NCBI RefSeq assembly: GCF_009914755.1
Contig: NC_060937.1
DNA: 64,000 bases
Direction: 5' to 3' (one strand)
Source of the DNA: the human T2T-CHM13v2.0 reference genome, Homo sapiens
Every line of letters begins with the position of its first letter. Within the stretch, counting starts at the first letter, position 1. The position numbers and the translations under genes are program-made. Under the pieces are notes generated by a model. The model was not told the origin of the DNA. It did no database searches and was given only the letters and a program-made list of their open reading frames with translations. This document shows, piece by piece, positions 1 to 13,081 of the stretch.

Positions 1-1635
1 CTAGGGCTTACTTTGTCAAACATCTCAACCCAATTTGGGTGGGTGAAAAAGAGAAGAGTGAGAACAAAAACTAAAATAAGCTTCTGATTTCCTCTGGAAA
101 TGCGGAAGTCAAACAAATGTCACTAATGGATTTAAGTATCTAGTTCCCTGGAATCTGTAATTATGAAATTTAAAGTATTCTTTACAAGAAAAAAATGGAA
201 TCATTTTTAGTGAATCTTGCTGTTAATCTTCCCAATTATTCCCACACATTCAGTTCTTTCTCTTTCCTCTTTTCTTTGCTTCCTTCCCACACATTTACAA
301 AGGAGAACATTTTTTTTTCTGAGTGTTTTTGAGCATTGCCTTTAAGTGAAAATATTTTCTTGATTGCTTCAGTAACTCCTAGTTTATCCACCTTAACTCA
401 GATATCTGGATCTAACTTAGAAATCATATTGTTTCTCTAGAGGTTTATAAAGTTTATAAGTGCCATATTCTAGGATGTTCTAGCCCATTCAATATGTTTA
501 ATGAAGAAAAGATACCTGGAGCTATGGAAATCGTATTTTAGAAAAGAAATATGACATATTAGCATGTATAATATGCATAAACCCAGCATTTTCAATAATG
601 GAATGATCTTTGGGAAAGTCAGTTAACCTCGCTGGACTAAGATTTTTATCATAAAGTTCAGAGGGATTGGATTAAATGAATTGACCAATTTGGGCTCTCA
701 AGAGCTGGTATTCTATGACTTTATTCTGTATAAAAAATGGAACCACTTATGGTCTTAAGTAAGGAATAGTAGAATTGTGTTCAAGGAAAATTAATATGAT
801 AATGGTGAATAAAGTAGTTTGGAGAAGGGAAACTGGGCATGAGACATCTTGGTTCTTCCAAAATTAATGATGCTTTCCCTCTGGGCCAGACTTTACTTCT
901 GTTATTTTTTCTCTGTCTTAATAAGATAAAAATTTTAGAACAATAACAGAGAACAGTGCAAAGGTTTTACTGCCTTGCTTTTTTCTGTAAAATGCAGAGC
1001 TATGAGATGCTTGGGAGTTATTTTCTTGCTCTTACCCTCTCTCTAATGCCGAGCATCTTGGATTATTAGTCCAGTACCAGAACAAAGATGAGGAGATGCA
1101 AGGAGGTGGAAAGGAAGAGGAGGAGGAAACATTTTCATACATTTTATTGCTTTTATCTTAGCAGAAACTCTAGGTCAGAGGTCACATTTTGTCACAACTC
1201 TAATTTCACTTGAGACTATGGCAGAGTGAGAATATCAAAAAGCAAGCAAACATAGCTTCTAGATGAATCTTGCTTCTCATGGGAACTTTGCCAACAGTAT
1301 GTGCTTTCTTGCATTGTTGTAACATGCATAGGCCATCTTCTGGGAAGGTTCGCAAAAACCCTTGTGGTATTTTTCCAAAGGCAGTAGACAGAGCGAAGAG
1401 ATTGATATATTTTTTTTTTTGCAAGGAGAAATAAAATAATTTATATGGTTATGTCACAGGGTTTTTTGGGCTCCTGTAACAGGCAGCAATTAGCAGGAGA
1501 GAGTTAATGGGAGCCCAAACTAGGGGGTTACAGTGGGAATGATAAAGTAAGAAAGTGCCATTCCACACTGTGTACAGGAAGAGAAGCTTATTTGTGAGGC
1601 TTTGATGAGTTTGGGTTTGGTCATGTTGAGAAGCA

Positions 1636-1744
1636 TTCCTATAACTACATCCAGCAGACATCCATCCTATAACTACATCATACATCCATTCCTATAAGTA
1701 CATCCACAGCAGCATACTTCCCTTCCTATAACTACATCCAGCAG
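1636..1744 (+). repeat. Short interspaced direct repeat, 4 copies of (T)TCCTATAACTACATCC(AGCAG)
   Basis: Copies start at 1636, 1665, 1689 and 1723; copies 1 and 4 are identical over 22 bp (TTCCTATAACTACATCCAGCAG). Confidence 0.9.
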
Positions 1745-1789
1745 ATTTGGGCTGAAAATAAGGAGAACAGCCATGGAAAATAAGTGATG

Positions 1790-2560
1790 TTTGGAATTGT
1801 GACTGACATCATTGAGGGAGTGCATGCAGAATGAAATGGGAAGAGGGAAGCTGACACATTGTGTAGGGAGTATCTGTCTAGGTTGCAGGGGCAGGAGATA
1901 GGAGACAGCCGGAGAAGGCTTGGTCAGCGAGGCAGAGGAGTGTCAGACACGACCAGCATCACCAAAGCTGAGGGAGAGAGGTTCCTGGAAAGAGATGGCT
2001 GGTCAAGCCATCTGTGCTGTGGGGCTGAGATGTTTTGATATTGAGGAGAATGGGTCTGCAGACTGTCATTAAGATGTCACTGGTAGCTTTGAAGTGAGTT
2101 TAACAAAATGTATGAAGGCAGAAATCAGGTTACAAGGGGGTAAGGAAGGTAAAGGTGGAGAGTGTCTACTACTGTTGAGAAGTTAGGTGAGGAAAAGGGA
2201 AAGAACCGTAGCAGGAGAAGTTGGTTTGTTATGTGTTTGCTCTTTTTTTTAAGCACATAAGAATGCTTATGCTCTGAGGAGAAAGATCCAGTAACCAGGG
2301 AGAGATTGAAGATGAAAGCAAGTGAGAATAGTAGATGGAGCAATTCCTGGGGCAAATAGGAGGGAATGCTATTTAATATACAAGTGGAGGTACAGCCATG
2401 AAGACAGAAACAAAGGCATAAGGGATGAGTGCTGAGAAATTTTGGACAGAGAAGAAAAGACTTCAAGGAGGTCATATCAGGTCGCCTCATTTGTCCCAGG
2501 TAATTAAGAAGTAGAGTTTTTGCAGAGAGTAACCATGATGGAATTGGACATGGGATTACA
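1790..2560 (-). mobile_element. L2 LINE remnant
   Basis: Purine-rich degenerate sequence resembling antisense L2 (e.g. GGTGGAGAGTGTCTACTACTGTTGAGAAGTTAGGTGAGGAAAAGGGA); boundaries approximate. Confidence 0.6.
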
Positions 2561-3096
2561 TAAAGAGGCAGGTAATGGTTCTTTGAGTAATACACTGAGT
2601 CAGTAAGAGGTGCATGGGGGAATTGCAGAGTTGCACAGAAGGCCCATGTGAGGTTGGAAAACATGATTTTATACCGGAAACAATCTGATGGATTTTAGGG
2701 CCGTCTCCAGTGATGTGGTGGTAGATCCCACGTCTCTCCAATTTTTTTCCCCATGCATGATAATTTATAGCAATTAAAACTCCAAAGTGAATATATAATG
2801 TTTCTCAGGAGCTTGGAGTCAAGTGATACATACAACTCTATGGAAGCAGAGGTGCTGGTTGAAGAGGGATGTATGCAGCCCTGAGCCTGCTCTGTCTGCC
2901 TTTCCCTTTCCTGTCCTTTCTACCTGCACCAGCCACTAAGGGACTCCATGGAGCACAGTTGAAAATTGCTGGCTTTAGGGCAGGTATGCCCACTTGCCTC
3001 AAGAATTAGAGACAGAATTCGCTACTATAGTCAAATTGCCAAGAAAGGCATTTTCTTATTGCTGGTTTGTAATAGGGCCCTCCTGTCTCTTTAGAT

Positions 3097-3286
3097 CAGC
3101 TGTGCCCAATCGAAATTTCTGCAGTGTTCATCTTTGCTCTTGATACGGTAGCCACTAGTCACATGGAGCTAATGAGCCATTGAAATGGGGCTGGCATAAC
3201 TGAGGAGCTGAGTTCTAAATCTTATTTAATGTTAATGACTTTGTGTTGCCATGTGTGGCTAGTAGTTCCCTTATTGGATAGTACAG
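3097..3286. mobile_element. MER3 hAT-Charlie DNA transposon fossil
   Basis: GGTAGCCACTAGTCACATGG...TTGAAATG...ACTGAGGAGCTGA...TGTGGCTAGT...TATTGGATAGTACAG follows the MER3 consensus; flanks CTTTAGAT / TTCTAGAC fit the NTCTAGAN target preference. Confidence 0.85.
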
Positions 3287-3444
3287 TTCTAGACTGGATT
3301 ATCGGTTTGGATTTTTTTTTTAAAGATATAACAATACTTCTTACAGCAGCATCTTCAAGATTCACAATGGCAGTTATTTCTTCCTTCATGTGGAGCTGCA
3401 CCACATGAATTCCTAAAGACTGGAACTTTAGGGTCCTGGGTTGG

Positions 3445-3865
3445 TGATACGGTTTGGATGTGTGTCCCTACCTAAATCTCATATTGAAATGTAATCCCCA
3501 GTGTTGGAGGTGGGGCCTGGTGTGAGGTGATTAGATAATGGGGGCGGTTTTCTTAAATGGCTTCGCACCATCCCCTTTGGTATGTCCTTGTGATAGCAAG
3601 TGAGTTCCCCCGAGGTCTGGTCATTTCAAAATGTGTGACACCTCCCCCTGTCTCTCTTATGCTCTTGTTCGGACTGTGTGAGATACCTGCTCCCCCTTCA
3701 CCTTCTGCCATGATTGGAAGCTTCCTGAGGCCCTCCCTAGAAGCAGAAGCCACTATGCTTCCTGTACAGCTTGCAGAAACATGAGCTGATTAAACCTTTT
3801 TTTTTTTAAATAAATTACCCAGTCCCAGGTACTTCTTTATAGCAATATGAGAACAGACTAATACA
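3445..3865 (+). mobile_element. MSTA-type ERVL-MaLR solo LTR
   Basis: TGATACGGTTTGGATGTGTGTCCC...GAACAGACTAATACA with TG..CA termini and a perfect 5-bp TSD GTTGG (3440-3444, 3866-3870). Confidence 0.92.
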
Positions 3866-6072
3866 GTTGGTGACATAGAGCTAATGAAGATCTCACGTTT
3901 TCACTTTAAAGCTTTGTATAGGAGTTGGGACTGGGGATGCTTTTCTAAGACCATAGATGCTGTCTTTATCCCCACTTGTTTATTTTACAAGTTCATACTG
4001 TTGATCAGAAGACTAGTTCATAGAAGATGGAATAAATCATCCATTGTGATCAGAGCCATATCCATCCTCATATGTAAGAGCAGCAGAGCAGATGTAATTT
4101 GACATTTTGTTCAAGATACCTTCATAGTGTCTAAATATAATAGTTTCACTCTATGTAGGTAAAGGTGGACAGTATCAAAACTAGAAGGAAAAGTAGGAGG
4201 GGGAGAGAAATATATTAAATCAAAGGAAAGATGGAGGAAGTAAGGAAGGGAAGTGAGGGGCTTGAGGTGCAGATAGTAAGATGGCCATGGTAGGGAATAA
4301 CTGAGAAGGGAATAAGGAGCCATTGGTGCACTATTATCCTCTTCCTGGTTTTCTTGAAGACCTCCTGTCCAGCTGCTCGCTTGCCCTGCCCTCCCCAGGC
4401 AGGGATGCAATGAGGGTCAGAGCTAACGCCTCAGCTTGAGGCAGTTCTTGGGATCTCTTAAGGTGTGGAAATTTGTATTTTCAATTAAGGGCAATGCCAG
4501 ATTACTTCTGAAATACTGTTTAAACAGAAAAATTTTTTAAGTAGGTGCTTAGATAAAAAGGTAACTTTATTTCTGTGGCATACACATCTTACCCCCATGA
4601 ATTTGCCATGCAGATGATAGAGCTATTAAATTACTGTAGGCACCTGCATTGCATATTCTTGAGCCAGAGCCACCTGAATAGAAAGTAATACAAGATGTGA
4701 GAGAAATGTACAGGATAAATGAAATGAAATGTAGATTTTTTTTATCTGCTGGCAGGTACTATTAAAATGAAATATTACAGACATTGTGATTAAGAATGTC
4801 TAGATCCCATTAATGCGATAACTGCCATGAATATGTCTAGTCTGCCAACAGACTAGACTAGGTGAATGTGGTAAGTTGTCAATGCTAAGCTGATGTATTC
4901 TGTTGAATGTTCTTATGCGGTTGAATATATGCAGGTCGTACATTTGTGAGACAGTTTTGGCTCCTTTGGCGATGTCAATAAAATAGCTTTCCCAACTGGA
5001 GTTTGAATATCAAGGAGTCCTATGTGCATGTGTGAATTTGGCATTGGGATCTGAAGGTTCCTTTCTGGCTAGTTGTTAAGGGTGATTTTGACCAGGCCAT
5101 ATGTCAGCCAGCCACATATTCTGGAGTAACCAATAACCAGACTCACTAAAGACTAGGCATTGTTGTTTCTTATTTTCATTTAGACTTAGTTCATCTTGTC
5201 AAAAATCATAAGAAAAAGATAACTGATTTAAATATTGTAAAGATTGTATGCATTAAAGATAACGTATCTTTGTATCTAATAAGTCATTCATAATTACATA
5301 CGAAAATGTAATTTATTGGTTTCCTTTAACTTCACAAGGTAGTGAAACCTAAGGAAGGAGAGGTGGACTGGTAGCCAGGACCACTGGGCCCTCTTAAAAC
5401 TAACTGGCTGGGTGGCCGTAGGCAAGCTAATTAATTTACTTGTTTGGGCCTCAGGTTCTTCATCAGTAAAAGGAAGCATTTGAACTCAGTGATATTCAGT
5501 GTTCCCTCCAACTGATTCTTTAAAAAGAAGTCTTACACATGTTAAGCTGAATTACAGAATGTGTGTGTTTATTCTACTTAAGGGTGGTGGGGCCATAACA
5601 GAGCATGATATCAACTAGACCAACCAGGCATTATAGGATTGTTGCTGAGTCTTTACTGTGTTGGCATGTAGATATCTGTGAATAATGTGCTGTTTTAACC
5701 TGGAGCATACCGAGACATAAGTAAAATATGAGTCAGCTTCCATAAATCTGCTTCCATGCCTGGCCCCTAGGCCCCATGTTCTCTATTGTGCTAGGGGCTA
5801 TATGGGGTTCAATTCAGATATCTGTCAAGCAAGTCAGAACTTTATGAAGACAAAAGGGATAAATTGAGAATAACTAAATCCATAAGATAGAATTAGATGT
5901 ATTTACTATGTATTATTTTTACCCTAAATATATGCAATAAATTTAGATTATGTGTGGTAGGTTTTGTCTAGTTCTTCCTAAGGAACTGGTGAGAACTTTT
6001 TCTCACTATAGCCAAGACATTGAGATTTTACTTTCTTATATCAGGGGACTTAGTCTATGGTTCTATTATGTA

Positions 6073-6611
6073 CATCAATTCTTCCTTATCCATTCCTAGG
6101 GATGAGTTCCAAGACCCCCAGTGGATGTCTGAAACCTTGGATGGTACCAAAGGATACATATACCGTGTTTTTTCCTATACATACATACCTAGGATCAAGT
6201 ATGACTTACAAATTAGACACAGCAAGAGATTAAGAACAATAATAATAAAATAGATAATTGTAATAATATGCCAGCCCGTCACTCTTCTTGCACTTTGGGG
6301 CCATTCTTAAGTAACATAAGGGTTCCTTGAACACAGGCACTAAGACGCCGCCACAGTCCATCTGATCACTGAGATGGCTATTAAGTGACTCAGGGTAGGT
6401 AGGCAGGGCTTACAGTGTGAATCTCCCAGACCAAGGGATGATTCCCATCCTGGATGGGACTGAACAATGAAGCATGAGATTTCATCTTGCTACTCAGAAT
6501 GTTATGCAATTTAAAACTTATAAATTGTTTGTTTCTGGAATTTTTCACTTAATATTTTTGGACTACAGTTGACCCTGGGTAACTAAAACCATGGATAAGG
6601 GGGGACTACTG
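6073..6611. mobile_element. MER44B-like TcMar-Tigger non-autonomous element
   Basis: CCTTATCC..TTCCAAGACCCCCAGTGGATGTCTGAAACC left end, GGATAAGGGGGGACTACTG right TIR, TA flanks. Confidence 0.85.
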
Positions 6612-7299
6612 TACTAATTTCAAGTTGACTGCAAGTATAGTGTTTCTTCCCAGCATTGCTAGGTAGGGTTACTTCTTCCAAGAAGTTCTGAAAGATTAAC
6701 TCAGGCCCTTCTCCTTCTTTGGGAGTATTTCTTTACCGTGTTCATGATACTTTCTCTAGTTTGAGTACTTGGTTCTCTCTTTGTGTGCTGAGGTTCTGTG
6801 AGCAAAGAATGAGCTATTTTACAATCCTTTCCTTTCTTGATAGCCCCTCAGCTTGGATCTGAGGTTAAGATGGATGGGCTTCTCTGGATGCTGCAGCCAC
6901 AGCATTTTGTGTCTCCCTGCCTTCTGCGACCCATGTGGACTTCCAGTTAAGCATGCCCTGCCCTGGCCTGACCAGGTGCTGGACCCCTGTCATTCTTATC
7001 ACCTGTGCATGAGGACAGAGGGCCACCAGCAGCTTCAAGAGCTGCCCTCCTCCACATCTTTTAGTGGCTTCCATGCTCGCGTTAAGTATTAGTAGATGCT
7101 GGTGTCCCTCCCCACCCACTCTCCTTGGTTTTCAGGGTTGAGTACTAAAAACACGACCACAGTAATGCAGGGCTCCTCCATCCCATTCCTGTGCATGAGT
7201 GTTTATGCATGGATGTAACTGTGTCTACATGTACACACTCCCCACCTCTTGCACAAATAAGTGGGACAGGAAAGCGGCCACCCAAGGATCTCCCACCAT

Positions 7300-7700
7300 A
7301 GCCGCTGTGACAGAAAGCTGAGGGGTGAATTATTTTTCCAGCACCATTTATTAGAAACTCTGTGTGGCAAGGAGTTGACACATCAGACAGCTGCAGCCGT
7401 CAACTGCCAACACCCATTTACGCTGACCCCTTTGATTAGAAAATGAAAAATGCCACCACACTTCGGGCCCTGTCAGCCGTGAGGTGTGCCTGTAAGGTTG
7501 GCGCCAACACAGGAGACTTCTGTTGCCACTTGGAAGATTTGTTAATGAAGGAAATGAGCCAGGGCGGACCCTGTCCAGATGGTTTCACTGGAGAAATGCG
7601 CTAATTAGGCTGGAGGTCAAAGAGCTGCTGCTGTTTGAAGCAGGTGCTATTAGTTTTGTGTGCACCAGTGGCTTTGAAGGTGCATGAAAAATAGACCACG
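7300..7700. promoter_or_regulatory. Candidate enhancer (repeat-free transcription-factor motif cluster)
   Basis: TGACAG/CTGTCA (7308, 7470), E-boxes (7388, 7576, 7641), CTTTGAT/CTTTGAA (7430, 7672), CTAATTAG (7601), palindrome GTTGGCGCCAAC (7497); several retained CpGs. Function is inferred only. Confidence 0.35.
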
Positions 7701-8439
7701 TCTCCCTGGTTTTTATTACAATTAAGGAAAAGATGTGTTCTCTGCCTGGAGCCTGGTTTCTCACCCAGGAAATGTACGTTGCCTTGAGAGAGTCCTGTGT
7801 ATCTCTTGGGCTGTCTTCATAGTCATCACTAGCTTCCTTCTTCCCAAGCCCTTGTTTACCATCACGGAAGCCTAGAATAGTGATACTGGCACCCTAGATA
7901 TTATCCAGGTGACCACATAACATTCCACAGGGGAGGAGATGGATGCCAGGAGAGGTGAGATGATTCTTATTACTCTTCCAGGGTGAGGTTAGTGATGGAC
8001 ACTGGGCTGGAACCTGGCTCTGATGTCCTCATCCCGTGATGCACAGCAGGGTAAGAGGCACTGAATGTAGCACCATGGCTTATTGGAGGGAGGCATCCAT
8101 GTGTAGCTTGAGTCTGAGGATGAGATTCTATTGTTGAAGTCCTACAACATATTAATAAATTGGCAGCCAACTAGACTCTCACAGTTTCCTATGGTCTTCC
8201 CTCTGCTGAGTGCTCGTGGGAAGCTGAGTTCAGCTGCCTCACATTTGTGGGAGTCTGTTAGCAGTGTGTAGGTACTGGCTGAGGTTCTGTGTGAGTGATC
8301 CCTGGAGAGCAGTGGGGGTGGTGTGAGTGTTTGTGCTGAGCATGGAAATTGGCATGGCCTTGTGCTCCTTCTCAAAGTCTCAAGAGAGGCAGCAAGCTGG
8401 GCAGGACAGTGACTAGGACTATAGGAGAGTGGGCATCTT

Positions 8440-8590
8440 GACACTGACTTGTGCTGTCACCTTGGACAAATCACATAATCCCTGTGGGTGACCAGTGTCC
8501 TCCCTGGGAAGTGAGGGAGTGGACGGTGAGTCCTGAGATGCCTTCATGGATCCCAGTTGTCTGGTCCTGTGACTCCAGAGCTGAAGATTT
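8440..8590 (+). mobile_element. MIR-family SINE remnant
   Basis: Core-like TGTCACCTTGGACAAATCACATAATCCCTGTGGG...CAGTGTCCTC. Confidence 0.55.
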
Positions 8591-9249
8591 GCAGGATGTT
8601 TTAGCACCCCTCGAACACAAGTTTGCTTCTTCTCATGTTTTTATTCAGAAACTCTAAGGAAAAGGCTCCTAATATTTCTTGTACGTTTTTCTCTGATCAC
8701 AATTGGAGGACATACAAGATACGTTTTCTATGTATAATATTATTGATAGAAATTCATAATTGCAGAGCTATATATCTAAAACATACACATATTGCATTTT
8801 TCTCATTTAAGGAAATCTAAACTCTTATGGTAGTGCTAACAGGATAAAATCCTGAATCTCAGTACATAGATACACATTGGACCTGATTAACTGAGGAATA
8901 AATTCCCCAAAACTAATTTTAACAATCTAAATAGTGGTAAGGTTATATTGCTTTCATATAGTTTGTTTTGTTGCTGGACCTTGTGGACACTGCATAACAA
9001 AAAAAAATGATAAATGGCTTAGTAAATAGTAGAAAGCAGTTAGAGATCTATTATTAGGAATTTTAAGTTTGAAAGCATATATGACAAAAAGTTTTCATAT
9101 ATTCTTTTATGTGATATTTTGAAAATACCTCTTTTGTGAAATTTAGTAACTTAAAAACTTTAGTCCGTTAAGCATTATAAGTTTGATATATATAAATTAT
9201 CTGATTATGTAATTAAGGTAAAAAGTCAACTAAAATTTGCAGGGAAAGA

Positions 9250-9555
9250 TTCCGGTCTGATTCTGAAGACCTGAGCACCAGGAGTACTGAGGGCAGGAGA
9301 AGATCCCTGTTCTAGTTCAAGTAGTCAGGGAAGAGAGCAAATTCAACCTCCTGTAGCCTTTTTATCCCATTCAGGCCCTTAAAGGATTGGATGGTGCCCA
9401 TCCACATTGGGAGAGGCCATCTGCTTATTTAGTCCACCAATTTAAATGCTAATATCTTCCAGAAACACCCTCACAGACACACCTAGAAATCAAGTTTAAT
9501 CAGCTAGCTGGGCATTCTGTGGATCAGTGAGTTTGACACAAAATTAACAATCACA
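9250..9555 (-). mobile_element. MLT2 (C/D-like) ERVL LTR, partial
   Basis: Reverse complement of the MLT2 5' end: GGATTGGATGGTGCCCATCCACATTGGGAGAGGCCATCTGCTT...AAACACCCTCACAGACACACC...TTGACACAAAATTAACAATCACA. Confidence 0.88.
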
Positions 9556-10050
9556 AGAATATGTAAAGAACCTTTACAAATCAGTAAAAAGAATACATAA
9601 AAATAGGTCATGTTCAATTGCAAAATGGGCATAGGACATAAATAAATGCACATTCATAAGAAAAGCAAAGCCAATATCCAACAAACTTATGATAAATTTT
9701 TTGCCATTACAATTGATATCATGAAACAAATTAACCAAAATATTAGACTGACGAAGATTGAAAAGGATAGTAATACATAGAGTATTGGTGAGTATGTGGC
9801 AAACTGGGCAGTCTCATACACTGAGGTCAAAATCACAAATTGATATTATATTTAAGGAGATACTTTACTAATATTTAAAAAAGAAACCTTAAAGGTATTC
9901 ATATCATGAATACCTTTCTTTCAAGTAATTCCACATAAGAAATTACCTTGAGAAAATAATCAAACAGATATATTTAAAATAATGCTCCTTCATTCTTGTT
10001 GTAATAGTAAAATATATTTTCACAAATATCCATGATTATTTAAATGGAAA
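9556..10050 (+). mobile_element. Old L1 (L1ME-like) ORF2 3' fragment
   Basis: A-rich degenerate L1 sequence: AGAATATGTAAAGAACCTTTACAAATCAGT...GTATTGGTGAGTATGTGGCAAACTGGGCAGTCTCATACACTG. Confidence 0.65.
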
Positions 10051-11081
10051 AAATCAGAACAGTATTATGCATGAGACTATTTTTATACTTGTATATTAAA
10101 ATATATAATAAAAGATAAATTCCTAGATTACTTTCTATTTTCATGTAAATAGTTGGGATTACTGGAGACTTTAAAACATGTTTATTTGCTTATATTTTCT
10201 AAACATGGAGCATGAAGTAAGAAAAGAAAAAAGAATTTTTTGGAAATATATCGCCACTTAAAAATAAGAGAAGAATAAAAAGAAAGGGACTAATTCACCT
10301 GTAGTTACCAGGGACCAGAGAAGGAGTTTAAATTTCAGTGTGAAGTGAGGCAGGAGCCCTCCACTAAAGGATGGGCTGATCCCCTTGGGGTCCGATGTGC
10401 ATTGCAATTCCCTCTATTATTGAATTCAGTTCATTCTTGCAGTGGAGATCAAAGTCAGGCTGAAACAATCTCTACAACATTCTGACAAAAATTAAAAGAT
10501 GAAAGAAGGTTGTATAAAATCATTGATATAGCAAGAAAAAGCAGAACCTGCTTATGTTCAGAAAAGATTTTGATAAAAGCCACTTTTATAAGTCATGTCA
10601 TGTTTTAAAATTGACAGTACATGGAACAAAATGCCACAGCACTCCCCTAACAAAGTGTAAGAGCATTTGAAATTTTGCCATCTTCCTGAATTTCTCAAGG
10701 GAGTGTTATTTCAGTGGTCATAAAATTCCCCGTAAGTCCTTATTACTTTTTTAGAGGTAACAATATAGACATTTTATGGGACAGCTATAAGAAATAAATC
10801 TCACTTATCCCTAAGGAAACTATCTTAGGATGAGCTCAACAGATGTCATTAGGCATGGATCCCTGAAAATGTCTTTGATTGCTCTCATACTAAGAATAAC
10901 TACAGAAATATTAATTAAGAGCCCATTGCTTTATTGCTTTTATTCTGTGCTGGACACTTGAGTAACAAGGCAGAAACAAACATGGATGATGAAGATCTGG
11001 GCGTTAAAGAGCTTACTTTATATTGCTTAAGAAAAAAGACTCCTTATTTCCCTATATCAAATTAATTTTATGTAATGAAAT

Positions 11082-11107
11082 ACACACACACACACACACA
11101 CACACAT
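11082..11107 (+). repeat. (CA)n microsatellite
   Basis: Uninterrupted AC run. Confidence 0.95.
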
Positions 11108-11306
11108 GCAAGAGATAGAGTGAGTGAGCACAGGCAGTGTCATGTAGATAGATATGGGGAATTTTAAAAAGATATATAATAATGAAATTGAGTTCCATGC
11201 AAAGCCTTTTCTGGTGAATGCCAGGAAAGAGCACAGAACTTCCAGAGAGAAGGCCTAAGTTCAAATCCCTGCTCTGCTAGTCACTCACACTTTCACTTTT
11301 TCACTT

Positions 11307-11606
11307 TTTTTTTTTTTTTTGATACAGAGCTTTGCTCTTGTTACCCTGGCTGGAGCGCAATGGCATGATCGCGGCTCACCGCAACCTCCGCCTCCCGGCT
11401 TCAAGCAATTCTCCTGCCTCAGCCTTCCGAGTAGGTGGGGTTACAGGCATGTACCAGCACACCCAGCTAATTTTGTATTTTTTTTTAGTAGAGACAGGGT
11501 TTCTCCATGTTGGTCAGGTTGGTCTTGACCTCCCAACCTGAGGTGATCCGCCCTCCTCGGCCTCCCAACGTGCTGGGAGTACAGGTGTGAGCCACCACAC
11601 CCGGCC
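11307..11606 (-). mobile_element. AluSp
   Basis: Full dimeric Alu, antisense; diagnostic GGTTTCTCCATGTTGGTCAGG; TSD CACTTTTTCACTT at 11294-11306 and 11607-11619. Confidence 0.92.
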
Positions 11607-11905
11607 CACTTTTTCACTTCTAAAAACCTCACTTCTCGCTGTATTGTCAGAATAAAAACATGTAATTGAGGTTCCTTGTAGGCTAAAGGTTATCAAGTGT
11701 AGTACAAGTAGGTATACTTGTTGTATAACTAAATCTTGAGCAGAAAGTTGTACTCTTTACTGATGCAAAAACAGCCCCTGGATTGAGTCCCCTGAGTAGG
11801 GGTCTGATATCCTAGGTAAGCAGTTGAAGCTTTGAGGAGGGAGAAGGGGCTAAGTTTCACTTGGGCCTTAAAAGACAGGAGGCTTTGGGTTGGTGGAAAT
11901 GATGC

Positions 11906-12276
11906 TGTATTAGTCTGTTCTCATGCTGCTATGAAGAAATACCCAAGACTGGGTCATTTATAAAGGAAAGAGGTTTAATTGACTCACAGTTCCACGTGGC
12001 TGGAGAGGCCTCAGGAAACTTACAATTATAGCGGAAGGGGAAGCAAGCACCGCCTCTTTCACATGGAGGCAGCAAGAAGTGCCAAGCAAAGGGGGAAAAG
12101 CCCCTTACAAAACCATCAGATCTCGTGAGAACTCACTCACTATCATGAGAACAGCATGAGGATAACCATCCCCATGATTCAGTTACCTCTCACTGGGGCC
12201 CTCCCATGACATGTGGGAATTGTGGGAACTACAATTCAAGATGAGATTTGAGTGGGGATACAGCCAAATCATGTCA
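11906..12276 (-). mobile_element. THE1C-like ERVL-MaLR solo LTR
   Basis: TGTATTAGTCTGTTCTCATGCTGCT...AAAACCATCAGATCTCGTGAGAACTCACTCACTATCATGAGAACAGC...CAGCCAAATCATGTCA; TSD GATGC/GATGG. Confidence 0.92.
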
Positions 12277-13081
12277 GATGGGGAGAGCATTCCACTGGGA
12301 CCAAGTCACTATCTGTCTAAATCAGCCCTCACCCTGTGGGTTCTATCACCACCTATGACTGTTTGATTACCTTTTAGAGATTCTTATAGGAATTGAAATT
12401 TCTACCTTCTTGATCAGAAACAGAAAAAAAGACTAAATGGTGCTACTTTATTTAAATAAATTCACATCCCTGTCCGTATCACTGGCTCTCTCCTTCAATC
12501 CTTTTAAACTCTGTCAGAAAAATAGATCATTCCAGGAGGGAATTTTTAAAATGTAGCTTTTGTGGACAATTTCTAATGATCAGCCACTATCTATATTGTC
12601 CCCAGTGCCTAGTTCCATGCCTGGTCTATACCAGGTGCTAGAAAGTGTTTAATAATTGGAAATAATTTAAAAACTATGGTAAAGAGCAAAATTTAAATTT
12701 CTAGCATGTTTCCTTTTCTTTATCCCTGACGTTTCTATGCTTCAGATTTTAAAAAAGCTTCCTGTTTTGCATTAATATTCTCTCAATACTTGAAATTTTT
12801 ATTCATTTACAATCAGCACTTGTTTTAGTTTCTCTAAATAGTATCCCTTTTGCTTCCTTTCACTGTTCTTTTTTTAAATTATTGTTTTCTGTTTATAGTA
12901 GCTACTGATTTTATTTTTTTCATTTTTCATAGGTAGTTTAAATACTCTGTGATTCATTGTGTTTATAATTTTCATTTAAATTTTTTCTTCTCTGAGAATG
13001 TAATTTTCATTTACATTTCATCTTCATTTGTTGACTTACCACATTGATATTTCTATTTTAATATTTAAAACACAAACCTTT

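Noticed and set aside
1636-1744. CRISPR-like repeat/spacer appearance
   Set aside because: Mammalian context, no cas genes, and the 'spacers' are only about 7-10 bp and made of pieces of the repeat itself.
2125-2664. Longest ORF in the track (179 aa, minus strand)
   Set aside because: Non-ATG start, Leu/Ser/Pro-rich composition from the pyrimidine-rich strand of an L2 remnant, no recognisable domain.
11319-11696. Overlapping ORFs here and at other Alus (13036, 20295, 31489, 32056, 34949, 38095, 50236)
   Set aside because: Typical Alu-derived translations with no independent coding evidence.
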